DNA of 64,000 bases from NCBI GenBank assembly GCA_951406725.2, contig OX597828.1:74710001-74774000 (forward strand), in the 5' to 3' direction. The translations under genes and the position numbers were made by a program. Source of the stretch: Octopus vulgaris. Taxonomy: Eukaryota. Below the pieces are notes generated by a model that ran no database searches, had not been told where the DNA came from, and saw nothing but the letters and a program-made list of their open reading frames with translations. This document shows positions 12,045-25,109 of the stretch, piece by piece; the first letter of the stretch is position 1, and each line of letters starts with the position of its first letter.

Positions 12045-12461
12045 TTATTTCTTTATTGCCCACAAAGGGCAAAGCATAGAGGGGACAAACAAGGACAGAC
12101 AAGAGGATTAAGTCGATTACATCGACCCCAGTGCGTAGCTGGTACTTAATTTATCGATCTCGAAAGGATGAAAGGCAAAGTCGACCTCGGCGAAATTTGA
12201 ACTCAGAACATAGCGGCAGACGAAGTACCTATTTCTTTACTACCCACAAGGAGCTAAACACAGAGATTAAAAACAAGGACAGATAAACGGTTTAAGTCGA
12301 TTACATCGATCCCAGTGCGTAATGGTACTTATTTAATCGACCCCGAAAGGATGAAAGGCAAAGTCGACCTCGGCGGAATTTGAACTCAGAACGTAATCGC
12401 AGACGAAATACTGCTAAGCATTTCGCCCGGCGTGCTAACGCTTCTGCCAGCTCGACGCCTT
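12045..12461 (-). mobile_element. SINE family C, dimeric form
   Basis: Collinear with 7960-8375. Confidence 0.9.
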
Positions 12462-12923
12462 CCGTGCTCTAACCTTTCTGCCCATCAAATGCCCTTCTGC
12501 TATTGAATACTCATTATAGCAATCGATTTAATCGATCAAATATTGACTGGTATTATTTTACATCAACTCCGAAAAAGATAAAAGAGAATGTTTTGTTCCC
12601 AGCGGGAATCGAACTCAGAACGCGATGAGATGTAACGAATTACCGGGAAATAGCTATTCGTCATTTTAATGACGTTGCCCAACCACTCTGCCCGCCCCAC
12701 ACTCAATATTAACGGTAATAATTGAGCCCAAGGGATATAAAAAGGTTGGGAAAAGATCGATGGATGGGCGGTGATGACTCCACCTTGTTAATAATAAATT
12801 AATTCCTGGACCACAATAGGAGCAACAATGGTAAGTTTCCTGACTTTTAGACCGGACAGAGAGAATGACGAATCTAAATTCGGATTGATTTTTCGAATGT
12901 CTATATATGTATGTGTGAGCGTG

Positions 12924-12972
<49 letters not shown>

Positions 12973-12984
12973 ATGTGTGTATGG

Positions 12985-13227
<243 letters not shown>

Positions 13228-13287
13228 AAGAAACGGAGGCAGAAAAGTGTATCGGGATTAGATATCTATAAATACACACACCCAGAG

Positions 13288-13383
<96 letters not shown>

Positions 13384-13576
13384 CTGAAGGATTCTGCTAT
13401 TATCATTTTTAAACTGCTACACTAGATAATAATAGAGTCAATGATATCTTCGCAATTTATTTTCTCGTGAATTATTTTCTCCGTATCGAAATATATATAT
13501 ATATATATGTATATATAAATATATATATAAATATAAATATAAATATAAATATATATATATTTATATATATATAAAT

Positions 13577-13670
13577 AAATGAAAGAATGGAGTCGAACGA
13601 AGATGTTAACAAAATTCCTGAGAGTAAAGGAATTTTGTTAACATCTTCGTTCGACTCCATTTTTTCATTT
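13577..13670. repeat. Long inverted repeat (hairpin)
   Basis: 13586-13619 and 13628-13661 are exact reverse complements (34 bp) with an 8-nt loop; arms extend about 9 bp further with one mismatch. Confidence 0.9.
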
Positions 13671-13983
13671 CTTTATAAACAACACACAAATTTCTGCACA
13701 TGAACCCGGAGTTTCTACCCTTGACAGGTCGCTTCAACCGTGTTTCTGACGTGAATTTGCTACCCAGGTTTCGGTTAAACGAATTTTCCATGCTGACGAT
13801 AAACATAGGATAATTCATTCACCTATTTATATATATATATATATATATTTATACATACATACATACATACATACATACATACATACATGTATAGGGTGTC
13901 AATAATTACTTTTATAATTGAAAAATTTAGAAAAAAAAAGAAAAAAGAAGGATAACACAACAGATTGTATTGTTGTTGTTATT

Positions 13984-14171
13984 AAGGTGGCGAGCTGGCA
14001 GAATCGTGGGCGCGAATCTGTACGTTCTGAGTTCAAATCCCGCCGAGATCGACTTTGCCTTTCATCCTTTCGGGGTCGATAAATTAAGTACCAGTTGCGT
14101 GTACAGGGTCGATCTAATCGACTGACACTCCTCCCACAAAATTTCAGGCCTTGTGCCTTTAGTACAAAGAA
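13984..14171 (+). mobile_element. SINE family C, monomer
   Basis: AAGGTGGCGAGCTGGCAGAATCG...GAGTTCAAATCCCGCCGAG..GACTTTGCCTTTCATCCTTTCGGGGTCGATAAATTAAGTACCAG; followed by (ATT)n. Confidence 0.85.
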
Positions 14172-14769
14172 TTATCATTATTATTATTATTATTAATATT
14201 ATTATTATTATTATTATTATCATTATTATTATTATTATTATTATTATCATTATTATTATTATTAATATTATTATTGAATAACATACTGGCCTAAATTCCT
14301 AAGAATAACCTTAAGTCTTCATAAAAGCGAAGTTCTACCATAGAGGATGAAAGTGGAATTTTCTTATTAAATACCGCAATGTTGAGGATTAGTGGAGCTT
14401 TTCAAAGCAGGCAGTTCCCAAAGTGGGTTGTTCCAAGAGCGGGTAGTTCCAAGAGCGGGCAGTTCCGAAACGAGCTTCTTTATCAGACAGCCATAAATGC
14501 GATATTCAGTGGCTATTCTTTAAGTTCTAGGTTCAAATCTTGCCGAAAGTGATTTTTGTCTATCGTCTCACAGAGATCGATGAAATAAAATATATCAAAG
14601 ACAATTGCTTGCGTTAGTGGAATCGATTGTATTCTTCGCGGAAAATGCTTGGTTTTTTTAATGCTTCACCTTCTGAATCAATATTTGTTTCACTTCTTCG
14701 AATTATGTTTTGTGTTTGAAGAATCGATACCTGAATATAGAATCTTGGGAGATTCTTTTATCTTTTATC

Positions 14770-15153
14770 TTTTGTATATATTTCAGACTGCGGCCATGCT
14801 GGGGTACCGTCTTGGGGAGTTTTGGCGAACACATCGACTAATACTTATTCTATCGGTCTCCTCTGCCGAACCGCTAGACAACAGGGGCCGTAAACTAATT
14901 CACACCGATTGTCAAGTAATGGCGGCGCACAATCACAGGAACACAAGGACACACACGCACATTCATACACACACACATACATATTTACATACATTGCCAT
15001 ATAATATTTCCACAAGCGCTACTCCAGCATGACCACAGCATTAAGCCCGAAAGGTATAAAAGAATACACACACATATATTATATATATATATACTTACAT
15101 ACATATACACACACATATATTATATATATATACTTACATACATATACACACAC

Positions 15154-15208
<55 letters not shown>

Positions 15209-15375
15209 TTACATACATATACACACACACGACGGGGTTCTTCCAGTTTCCGTTCCGCCAACCTAATCCACTCACAAAGTTTTAATCAGTCTAGGGTTAC
15301 AGTAGAAGAGACTTGCTCAAGGTGTCATGCATTGAACCCGGAACCATGTGGTTGGTAAGCAAAGTTCTCACCACA
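14770..15375 (-). mobile_element. SINE family B, diverged, with expanded internal microsatellite
   Basis: GACTGCGGCCATGCTGG tail end and GAACCCGGAACCATGTGGTTGGTAAGC head end. Confidence 0.75.
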
Positions 15376-15953
15376 CAGAGAGGAAAATTCATGTAAACTG
15401 CAAAAAAAAAAATTCTTCAAAAACCTTTCTCCCCCATCCGCACCTCAACACCACCACCTCCCCTTTAATTCTTTTGATAACGACGGCATTTCCTCTGCCA
15501 AAAGATGACTCATACAGCATCGGTTCCTGGAAAGCCGATCGCAAATAACGAGTTGGATGGGTCGGAGGATGTAGGATTAATCAATTAATTATCTTAGGAG
15601 ACCACAGTCGAAGAGCTGTGAGATTTCTTGGTCAAACAAAGACTATTGATTCCTAACGTTGGTTCAAGGTTAGGAGAAAATCGGGGCGTCCGAATTGGGC
15701 AACAAACGACGGAGGGTTTTGTAACATGCAGCAGCCACTGATTGCTGCTGTGTTATTTTGAATTTGGGTCAATGTCTGCTTTAAGATTTTAATTTTGAAA
15801 TCTAAGTTTAAATTTTTAATGGCAAGAATCGTATTGAAAAAACATATTAGAAAGTTTACAAAGTGAATTAGACCCGATTTACTGATAATCCTTGTGTGTG
15901 TGTGTGCCATGATAGATAGATTGGTAGATAAATAGATAGATAGATGAATGTAC

Positions 15954-16029
<76 letters not shown>

Positions 16030-16083
16030 TGATAGATAGATCTATTTTTCTGTCTGTCTATATGTTTATCCTTGTATCCATCC

Positions 16084-16159
<76 letters not shown>

Positions 16160-16926
16160 CTATCTATCTGTCTGGTTGTCTATTGATCTATCCAGTCATC
16201 ACTAAGTCCAGTCCAAGAGGTCAGCTACCTGTGGATGTGTTCATCTAATCCAAAACAAACGCAAAACCTACAGCTTCTCTCTCTCTCTTTCTCTCCTCTA
16301 TGATTTCCCATAAATATACCTGAAATCTTAAGTTCGTAAATATATAATACGAATTCCAAGCAAAGTCAACGACCAGCAAATGCGCACCTTATAATTCACT
16401 GCAATGGGTTTTATGAGAGCAATATTCACTAAAATATATAATTTAACAAAAACTGACGGTGGGAGAGAGCAGTGGCAGGTGTCTGAATTCTGAACGATTT
16501 TACAATGGTCATAACAAACGATAGCAATGAAATGATGATGATGGTGGTGGAGAAAGAGGTTGTATGGATGATGATGTTGGTGTTGGTGGTGTTGCTGCTG
16601 CTGCTGCTGATGATGATGGTGGCAGTGGTGTTGGTTCTGCCGCAAGTGGTGGAGGAGGAGAGGGTAAAGGCGTTGGTGTCGCTGGCGTGGAAGAACTAAC
16701 CACTACCCTATCGGGTATCGGCGATATTTCGTTACGTAGATACCCGCTAATTGGCCGAGTCACACGGAAGAATACTTCGTATATTTTGTAGCATTTGTCA
16801 CGACCCACCGTGCTCTGCGTTCGAATCTCGCCGAGTCCTCTTTGTTTTTTCTTTTATTCTTTCTGGGATCGATAAGCTAAAGTACCGGTCAATCATTGTG
16901 GATCGATTTAATATTCCTATAAATCA

Positions 16927-17160
16927 GGTTATGAGCTGGCAGAATCGTTAGCACACCGGACAAAATGCTTAGTGGTACTTCGTCCGTCTTTACGTTCTGA
17001 GTTCAAATGATGCCGGGGTCGTCGACTTTGTCTTTAATCCTTTCAGGTGGGTATGGGGGGGGGGGTCGGATAAAATAAGCACAAATTGAGCACTGAGGGT
17101 CGATATAATAAACTAGACCCCTCTCCTGAAATTGCTAGCCTTGTGCTAGAATTTGAAACC
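16927..17160 (+). mobile_element. SINE family C, monomer
   Basis: GAGCTGGCAGAATCGTTAGCACACCGGACAAAATGCTTAG...GAGTTCAAAT. Confidence 0.8.
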
Positions 17161-17289
17161 AACAATTCTATAAATCATTCTTGATGAAGACGGAGCTGTA
17201 ATAAAGGACCAAAGACCTCAGTCCAACCCCTCCGGCCCCCATACAATTGGCTTTGGGTTCCCAAATGAAACATCTTACATTGGACAGTT

Positions 17290-17720
17290 TTATTCTGTTA
17301 TCTAACCGTCACTCTTACCCTCCCTCTTTCTCTCCATTTTTCTCTCTCTTTCCTCTCTCTCCTCCTGCTTTTCCCCATTACCTCTCCTTCTCTCTCTCTC
17401 CATCTTCCCTCTCTCTCACCTGTCTTCCTCTTTCTCTTTTCACCCCTCTCTCTCTCCCCCCCTCTTCCTAACCAACTCCCTATCCCCATCTCCCTTTCCT
17501 TCCCCTTCTTCCCCCTTTTCCCACTGCCTTCTTTCCCTACCCTCTTTTTCCTTCCTTTCTTCCTTTATCTCACCTATTTCTCTCCCCTTCTCCTGTCTTC
17601 TGCTTTCTCTCCCTCTCCGCCCTTCCCTTTTCCCTTTTCTTCACCCATCCCTATACCCCGCCCCTTCACCTCCTCTTCTCTTTCACTTTGTCCTCACTAA
17701 TCCTTCCCATCTTTAATCCT
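17290..17720. repeat. Polypyrimidine low-complexity tract
   Basis: About 430 bp that is almost entirely C/T. Confidence 0.85.
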
Positions 17721-17929
17721 ATCTATCCTATAATCCTCATGCTCTAATCCCAATGACACGCTTCATTTCCAGATTATCTCCCTTCTCCACGCTTGACACG
17801 AAGCGACGAGGAAACTTCAACCCGGTTGCTCAAAAATGCTTGAAATAGCAACTAAATCTCACTCCAGTCGCAGCATATCGTCTTAAAATTGAAAAAAACA
17901 AAGAGGACAAAACGGTCCTGGCTTCTGTC

Positions 17930-18454
17930 TTTGACTTGCTTCAGTCATTCGACTGCGGTCATGCTGGAGCACGGCCTTGAAGGGTTTGGGCGAATAAATC
18001 GACCCCATTACTTATATATTTCTTTTCAAATTTGGTACTTATTCTGTCGATCACTTTTGTCGAACCGCTAAGTTAGACGATGTATACTAATCAACACCGA
18101 TTGTCAAACAGTGGTGAGGGACAACCCCCCCCCCCCACACACACACACAAACCAAACTCATATACGTGGGTGTGTGGTTTAAAATCTTGCTTCCTCGGGT
18201 TCGTCCGACTGCGCGGCATCTTTGGCAAGACCCTTCTACTTTTGCCACGGATGGACTAAGTCCAGGTGAGTGAATTTGGTAGACAGAAACTAAAGGAGGC
18301 CTCCCATATGTACATGTATGAGTGTTTGTGTGTGTATGTGTGTGTATGTACATTTGTGTATATATGTGTGAGTGTGTCTGTGTCTGTGTGTGCATGTGCG
18401 TGTATATGTATATGTCTGTGAGTGTCTTTATGTGTGTATGTGTGCATGAGCGTA

Positions 18455-18518
<64 letters not shown>

Positions 18519-18655
18519 TGTGTGTGTGTGACTGACTTATTTCAGTTTCCGTCGACCAAATTCACTCACGAGACTTTAGCAGGAGCGAGGCTATGATAGA
18601 AAACACTTACTCAAGGTGCCGCACAGTGAGCTGCACCCAAGACCACATGGTTCTA
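17930..18655. mobile_element. Cluster of SINE family B fragments in both orientations around (TG)n
   Basis: Tail (minus) 17930-18130; head (plus) ~18165-18300; head (minus) ~18535-18655. Confidence 0.7.
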
Positions 18656-18659
18656 CAAA

Positions 18660-19555
18660 AAGACTGGATGGCCACGGCCAGCATGTCTTTGGTTGTAAAT
18701 CTGCTCGATTAATGTGATTTGGAGTTACACACCAACAGTAAACAATAATACGTTCAACATACTCTACTTCTATGGGACGGTCATATTTGGAGCACCGTTA
18801 ATCATAGGTCTCCTAATTAAGGATTAACCTGGGACTAAGCCAGTAGCCTAGCTGGCGTGGGGAGCAAGGGAAACGGGTGGGTCGATGAGGTAGGATTAGG
18901 GGCCGGTCCGTCCTTAGCTGTGTTTTTCTGGGGCTGCACTTTTGGGTTTGCTGTATAATCCTGAATAGGATTGGGGGCCCCGGTGTGTGGGGAGGGGAGC
19001 GGCAGGCTCAAGGGCTACCCCGGGTGGCACACACTCCCGCTACACCACTGAGCTAAACAACAACAAGAAGAAAACAAAAAAACTAACGTGCAACCTGCTA
19101 GAAATAGCAACCTTGTCGTCCTTAAATTATATTCTACTGTCTCCAAAAATGGAAGGTCACATGAGGTAGTTATGAACTTCTGGGTACACGATTCCTAGAG
19201 TAAAACAGATGTGGTGGTCACGGTAAGAACATTTTTACTGATAACTTTTCTGAGTCAGAGCCGAGGGGAGTGGGGTGGTTAAACTATAACAGCAACAAGA
19301 ACAACAACAACAACACTAGACTATACAAGCAATGGAAGTTTAGGAATTCTACATTACGTAGTCGCTTGTTCTGCAAGAAATAACAGCCAAATCTCCCATA
19401 AATTATACATTACTGTCTGAAAAAAAAGGACACATTATATGATGGAGTGTGTATAGTACAATATGGTTAGAAAAACAAAGGGCCTAGTGATGGCTGAAAC
19501 GAGTTTGATCTGAGGCCTGCTCAATGAGGACTGACCTAGTGTTAAACAACAACGT
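18660..19555 (+). repeat. Four head-to-tail diverged copies of an old repeat ending ...CTGCTC..T.AG...TGACCTGGGGCTAAACAACAAC
   Basis: Unit ends near 18735, 19060, 19295 and 19553; CTGCTAGAAATAGCA.C motif at ~19095 and ~19371; related pieces near 405-440, 535-570, 17835-17890 and 63745-63800. Confidence 0.55.
18841..19050. mobile_element. hAT-like MITE
   Basis: CAGTAGCCTAGC ... GCTACACCACTG TIRs; degenerate 8-bp TSD GACTAAGC/AGCTAAAC; splits one old repeat unit. Confidence 0.6.
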
Positions 19556-20766
19556 CGACGACAGCAGCAACAACAACAACAACAATAATTACAATAATTA
19601 CAATAATTACAATATGGAGGTTATGTTGACAGAAACGGCAGAGCATCTGGCAAAAATCTTGTTCTACACGAAATTGCGTTAAACATCAAAGAACGAGAGA
19701 CCAAAGTAATTCTAAATATGGAAATTCATTGCAAATTGGTTTAAAAGCTCGTTATTCGTTGCTTTCGTAGTTAGGTTACTTTGGTAACCAGTCTCCTTGG
19801 TGACCAAGCACTCCTCGGTGACTTCATCACTTTCAGCTGCTCTCAAACATAGTTTCAACAAAATGCTGATGTTGCTGCTGTTGTTGTTGTTGTTGTTGCA
19901 CGAGTTAACAAGAAATTCCTCAATGTTAGGGGTTCGGGAATAATTGTTCTCAGCACAGACGTGACCCTACGGACTTAGTAATATATAGTCCCGAAGTGGG
20001 TCTATATACACACACGCACATAGATACACACATACATACATTTTAATATATTCTTTGATTCTTTTTCACATTTCAGCCCTAAGGTTGTGGCCACGCTGGA
20101 GCACACACACACAGGTAGATAGATAAATAGATACATACATACAAACATGCATACATATATGATATACAATGTATAATACATATATACATATATATATAAA
20201 TATGTATGCATACGTAATTGTGTATGTGTATGTGTGTGTGTGTGTGTGTGTGTGTTGTAGGAATTGTGATAAACACCTGTTTAAATATTTAGTTCGTCCT
20301 ATGTATATTTCACCATTGCAGTTAATTGGAACTCAACGGTGGATGATCCAGGTTCATTTCGATGCTAAACCGCATTGTTTCATCAAGGGAACGCTCTATT
20401 GCCCCCACCCCCACCTCAATTTACTCAATGATCGAATGCCATAAAGTGTTTCTCCCGAGGCTCCGTTACGGTAAGGCATCGAAATACACTTGTAACATCC
20501 ACTGATGAACTCCAGTTAAGTGCAATGGTGAAACGTACGTAGCAACTAAATATTTTATACTTTATCTCAGTTTTTCCTTACATACACTCTTTCAATTATA
20601 ACCAGTAACAAAGCTAAGAACAGTGGCAAACTAACCACTATACTAGAAGTTGAGAGGATGATGATAATTAACGTAGAGCTCTGACTCATACAGAAGTAGT
20701 CGTACATCTGACTATACACACATACACACGTATGTACATACATACATACGTACGTATGTACATATA

Positions 20767-21307
<541 letters not shown>

Positions 21308-21458
21308 ATTAGTATTATATTAGATACACGATGGACTACTTTCAATTTCTGTCTCCCAGATCCGCTCACAAGGCTTTAGTTATTCTGAGGCTATAGTAGA
21401 AGACATTTGCCCAACGTGTGGTTGGGAAGCAAACTTTGTTACACAGCCACGCCAAGTA

Positions 21459-22360
21459 TTGGGTCAACCCATAAATAATGCGGTTTTTCAATTGCATGAA
21501 CTAAAAGTCGGAAGTGGACGGGATAAACTGCCTGTATCAACTTGCTATAAAAGCAGTTAGTAATTTTACCTTGTCCTTATTCTTAGTGCAAGTTTTGCTG
21601 AGTGCAGCTCGATTTTAAGTTATTTTTTCCAAGCTAAAATGGAAGTGACAAAGGAGCATATTAGGCGTATTTTGCTTTATTTGTTTTTAATAAAGGTAAC
21701 AACTCAACGGAAAGTGCGAGGAATATTAATGCAGTATATGAGGATTGGACAATAAGCGTAAGCCAATGTCAACGGTGGTTCCAGAATTCCAACCTACAAG
21801 ACGATCCTGATCCTGGAAGATCCGTAGAGGTTGACGAGGACGTCCTGCAAACCCTGGTGGAACAAAATGCCATTGCAACTGTTGAGGAACTAACAGGGAA
21901 GCTTGGATTTGGTCGTTCAACCATTCATTGACACCAGCACTAGAAGAAAAATGACGATCTTTGGTTTCAAAACGAAAGGTGTTCTTCCATCAGGATAATG
22001 GTCGGCCACATACAGCAAAGATGACATTCCAAAGGCTGGAGCAGTTTGAATGGGAAACGATACCCCAACCGCCATATTCACCGGACATTGCCCCATCTGA
22101 TTATCATTTATTCCACAGTCTTTAAAATCATTTGGACGGAAAAATATGAATTCTATAGAGGAGGTCAGAAACAGTGCTGGAAAAGTATTTTTCGTCATGG
22201 ACAAGTGAATTTTGGAAGAGGGGCCTTGCAAGTCTACCAGATAGATGGAAGAGCATTGTAGAAAATGAAGGAGAGAAATTTTAGATTGAAAAAGAACGTT
22301 GTCTTAATTTTGAAAAATAAAAGGCGTATAGAAAACCGCATTATTTATGGGATGACCCAA
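21459..22360 (+). mobile_element. Internally deleted mariner transposon with both TIRs; transposase pseudogene
   Basis: 29-bp TIRs TTGGGTCA(A/T)CCCATAAATAATGCGGTTTT (one mismatch), TA on the left; disrupted peptide MEVTKEHIRRILLY...SQCQRWFQ (HTH) and FFHQDNGRPHT...PPYSPDIAPSDYHLFHSL. Confidence 0.92.
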
Positions 22361-23739
22361 GATGTATGGCTTCTGTCGGTCGACGGTTCTTGAACCCTGC
22401 ATCTGCATAGACCTGCCAGTTCCCCATACGTGCAAGTGTCCTCTGTCCAAGACGCCAATGATTATCCTGGAGAAAACTCGCCAACTTGGGTCAATTCATC
22501 TTGGCACCATCCGTCACAGACATTCCCTTCGGAACACGAATAAGCAGAACAAATACCACAAGGCATCTCGTCCGACCCTCTTGCACTTTTACCAATCCAC
22601 TGCCCTCGATTGGTGTTTGTTTTATCAAATGCCATCTCCAAAAGAATGGGAAGCAACTTTGACATCGATTGAACTCAGAAACAACCGTCGCCAGACAGAC
22701 GCTCAGTCAAACGCTTTTATCGACTCTGCCAGATCAAAAATGAAACAAATAAACAAGCCCAGTGGTTGTTGTTGTTGTCGTGGTGGTGGTGGTGGTGGTA
22801 GTGGTGGTGGTGGTGATGGTGGTGGTGGTGGTAGTCGTCGTCGTCGTCGTCGTCATGGAAGTGGTGGTGGCGATGAATGTCTTTGATAATCAGCCAACCG
22901 CTGACTCCATGCGAAGAAAATTTCTCCCGCATATCTCCACCTAACCAACAGGAACAACACACCTTGGTGACCAACGTGATGTGTAATTAAGAAACAAGTC
23001 ATTAATTCGTATCTTAATCGCTAACCGTTCCTTTTCCGCTCTACAACATCCACCCGACATCTTTATCCATACGTTCAACCCTAATTCCTCTCTTCGTGCG
23101 CATTCCGTTACTCACACAATCAATCGTGTGTGTTCGTTTATTCATTCAGACATTCGTTCGTTTACTCCCGGACTAAGATATATCTTTCACATAAATCTCA
23201 CCCAGCCTGCCACCCACTTACCAGCCGAAGCAGACAAAGTGCTGCCTTCTTATTATCCTCCTCCTCCTCCTCCTCCTCCTTCTTCTTCTTCTTCTTCTTC
23301 TTCTTCTTCTTCTTCTTCTTCTTCTTCTTCTTCTTCTTCTTCTTCTTCTTCTTCTTCTTCTTCTCCTCCTTCTTCCACTTCTGCTGCTACACCCGTAATG
23401 GAATCAGTGATAATGTTTATATGTGTATGTATATTTTTTTTTTCTATCTAGATTCTCTTTAGTTGCCTACGTAACTTCTTAAGTAATTAATCACTCTTAA
23501 CACCCGTTATCCACCCCTGCTGCTGTATACGATGAGATGTTCCCACGTATAGAGTTTAGAACATAACAGAAGCATGGGAGGCGTAAGCGCGGCCGTGTGG
23601 TTAAGAAGTACGCTTCCCAAATAAAAGATTTTGGGTTCAGTCCCACTACTTAGAAGGCACATTGGGTAAGTGGCTTCTGCTACCGTCCCAGTAGACCAAA
23701 GCCTTGTCGATTTGGTAGACGGAAATTGAAAAAATCCTA

Positions 23740-23847
<108 letters not shown>

Positions 23848-23957
23848 CGTGCGTGCGTTACAGGTGGAGTGATATGTAAACAGCGTTTTGAACCATAAAG
23901 AATTTGTACCGGATTTTTGCAGTGTTTTGAATTTTTTTTAAACATTTTTTTGCAATT

Positions 23958-24139
23958 CAGCTCTATATTTAAGAGATGAGGAATTATTTACATTATTTAC
24001 ACTATTTACATTCAACGGATATTTGTCCTCATCTTGTTTTGTTGTTAACACAACGTTTCGGCTGATATACCCTCAAGCCTTCATCAGGTGTCTTGGGGAA
24101 ATTTCGAACCTGGGTTCTCATTCCTAAGGTATTTTTCGC

Positions 24140-24202
<63 letters not shown>

Positions 24203-24219
24203 CATTATTATTATTATTA

Positions 24220-24260
<41 letters not shown>

Positions 24261-24363
24261 GTTATTATTATTATTATTTTTATTATTATTATTATCATTA
24301 TTATTATTGTTATTATTATTATTATCATTATTGTTATTATTATCATTATTATCATTATTATTA

Positions 24364-24398
<35 letters not shown>

Positions 24399-24462
24399 GT
24401 TATTATTATTATTATTATTATCATCATCATCATTATTATTATTATCATTATTATTATTATTA

Positions 24463-24496
<34 letters not shown>

Positions 24497-24606
24497 CATT
24501 ATCATCATCATCATTATTCAGGTCACTGTTTGGAATCGAACTCGGAACGTTGTGTTAACAACAAATAAGATGAAGACAAATATCCGTCAAATGTAAATAA
24601 TGTAAT
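23958..24606 (-). mobile_element. Composite retroelement: inverted terminal piece + tRNA B-box fragment + (AAT)n + hammerhead-bearing PLE-like tail
   Basis: 13-bp TSD TTTTTTTGCAATT at 23945-23957 and 24607-24619; head fragment 24519-24547; tail 23958-24139 homologous to 56891-57470. Confidence 0.8.
24047..24092 (-). ncRNA. Minimal type-I hammerhead ribozyme
   Basis: Minus strand GACAC-CTGATGA-A-GGCT(tgagggtatatc)AGCC-GAAAC-GTT-GTGTT; palindromic AACGTT in place of a closed helix III. Confidence 0.72.
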
Positions 24607-25109
24607 TTTTTTTGCAATTGTTTGATAATACAGACATAAATTTGTCCAAATGCATCAATCAATTAACATTGATATTTTTCTTCACCGTTGCTACAATCAT
24701 CACTGACCGAGTTGGTTGTGAATTTTGTTTGTGCGTCGTTCGAAAGGTTAGTGAAGGATCGGTTGGACTGGAATGACATCTGTTATTAATTGTGTTTTGA
24801 GACACTTGTTTATGCTGCCTTGAAGGGGGAAACGCATTACTTGTGTGTTTATGATGTATGAAGATTTGAATTTTTCAGACGTAACAACGTCTGAAGAAGA
24901 ATTAAGGAAAAGTTTGGAGAGTTCAGGCCAGAAAATAAGGGGAAAAAAAATTAACTTTGCAGCTGCGGCTGAGGAAAAAAGTGAAGAAATTTATTTTAAG
25001 AAGGCGGACTTAAAAAAGTACAAGGAAATCCTGCGAAGGGAGGGGCACGAGGTAAAAGTGGCCCCCTCCCTGTGAAGTTGCAGGGGACACACAAAGAAAA
25101 GCAGTAATA

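Noticed and set aside
14409-14475. About 16-bp repeats GGGYAGTTCCAAGAGC as a functional array
   Set aside because: Short degenerate tandem; could be transposon subterminal repeats, but no termini were found
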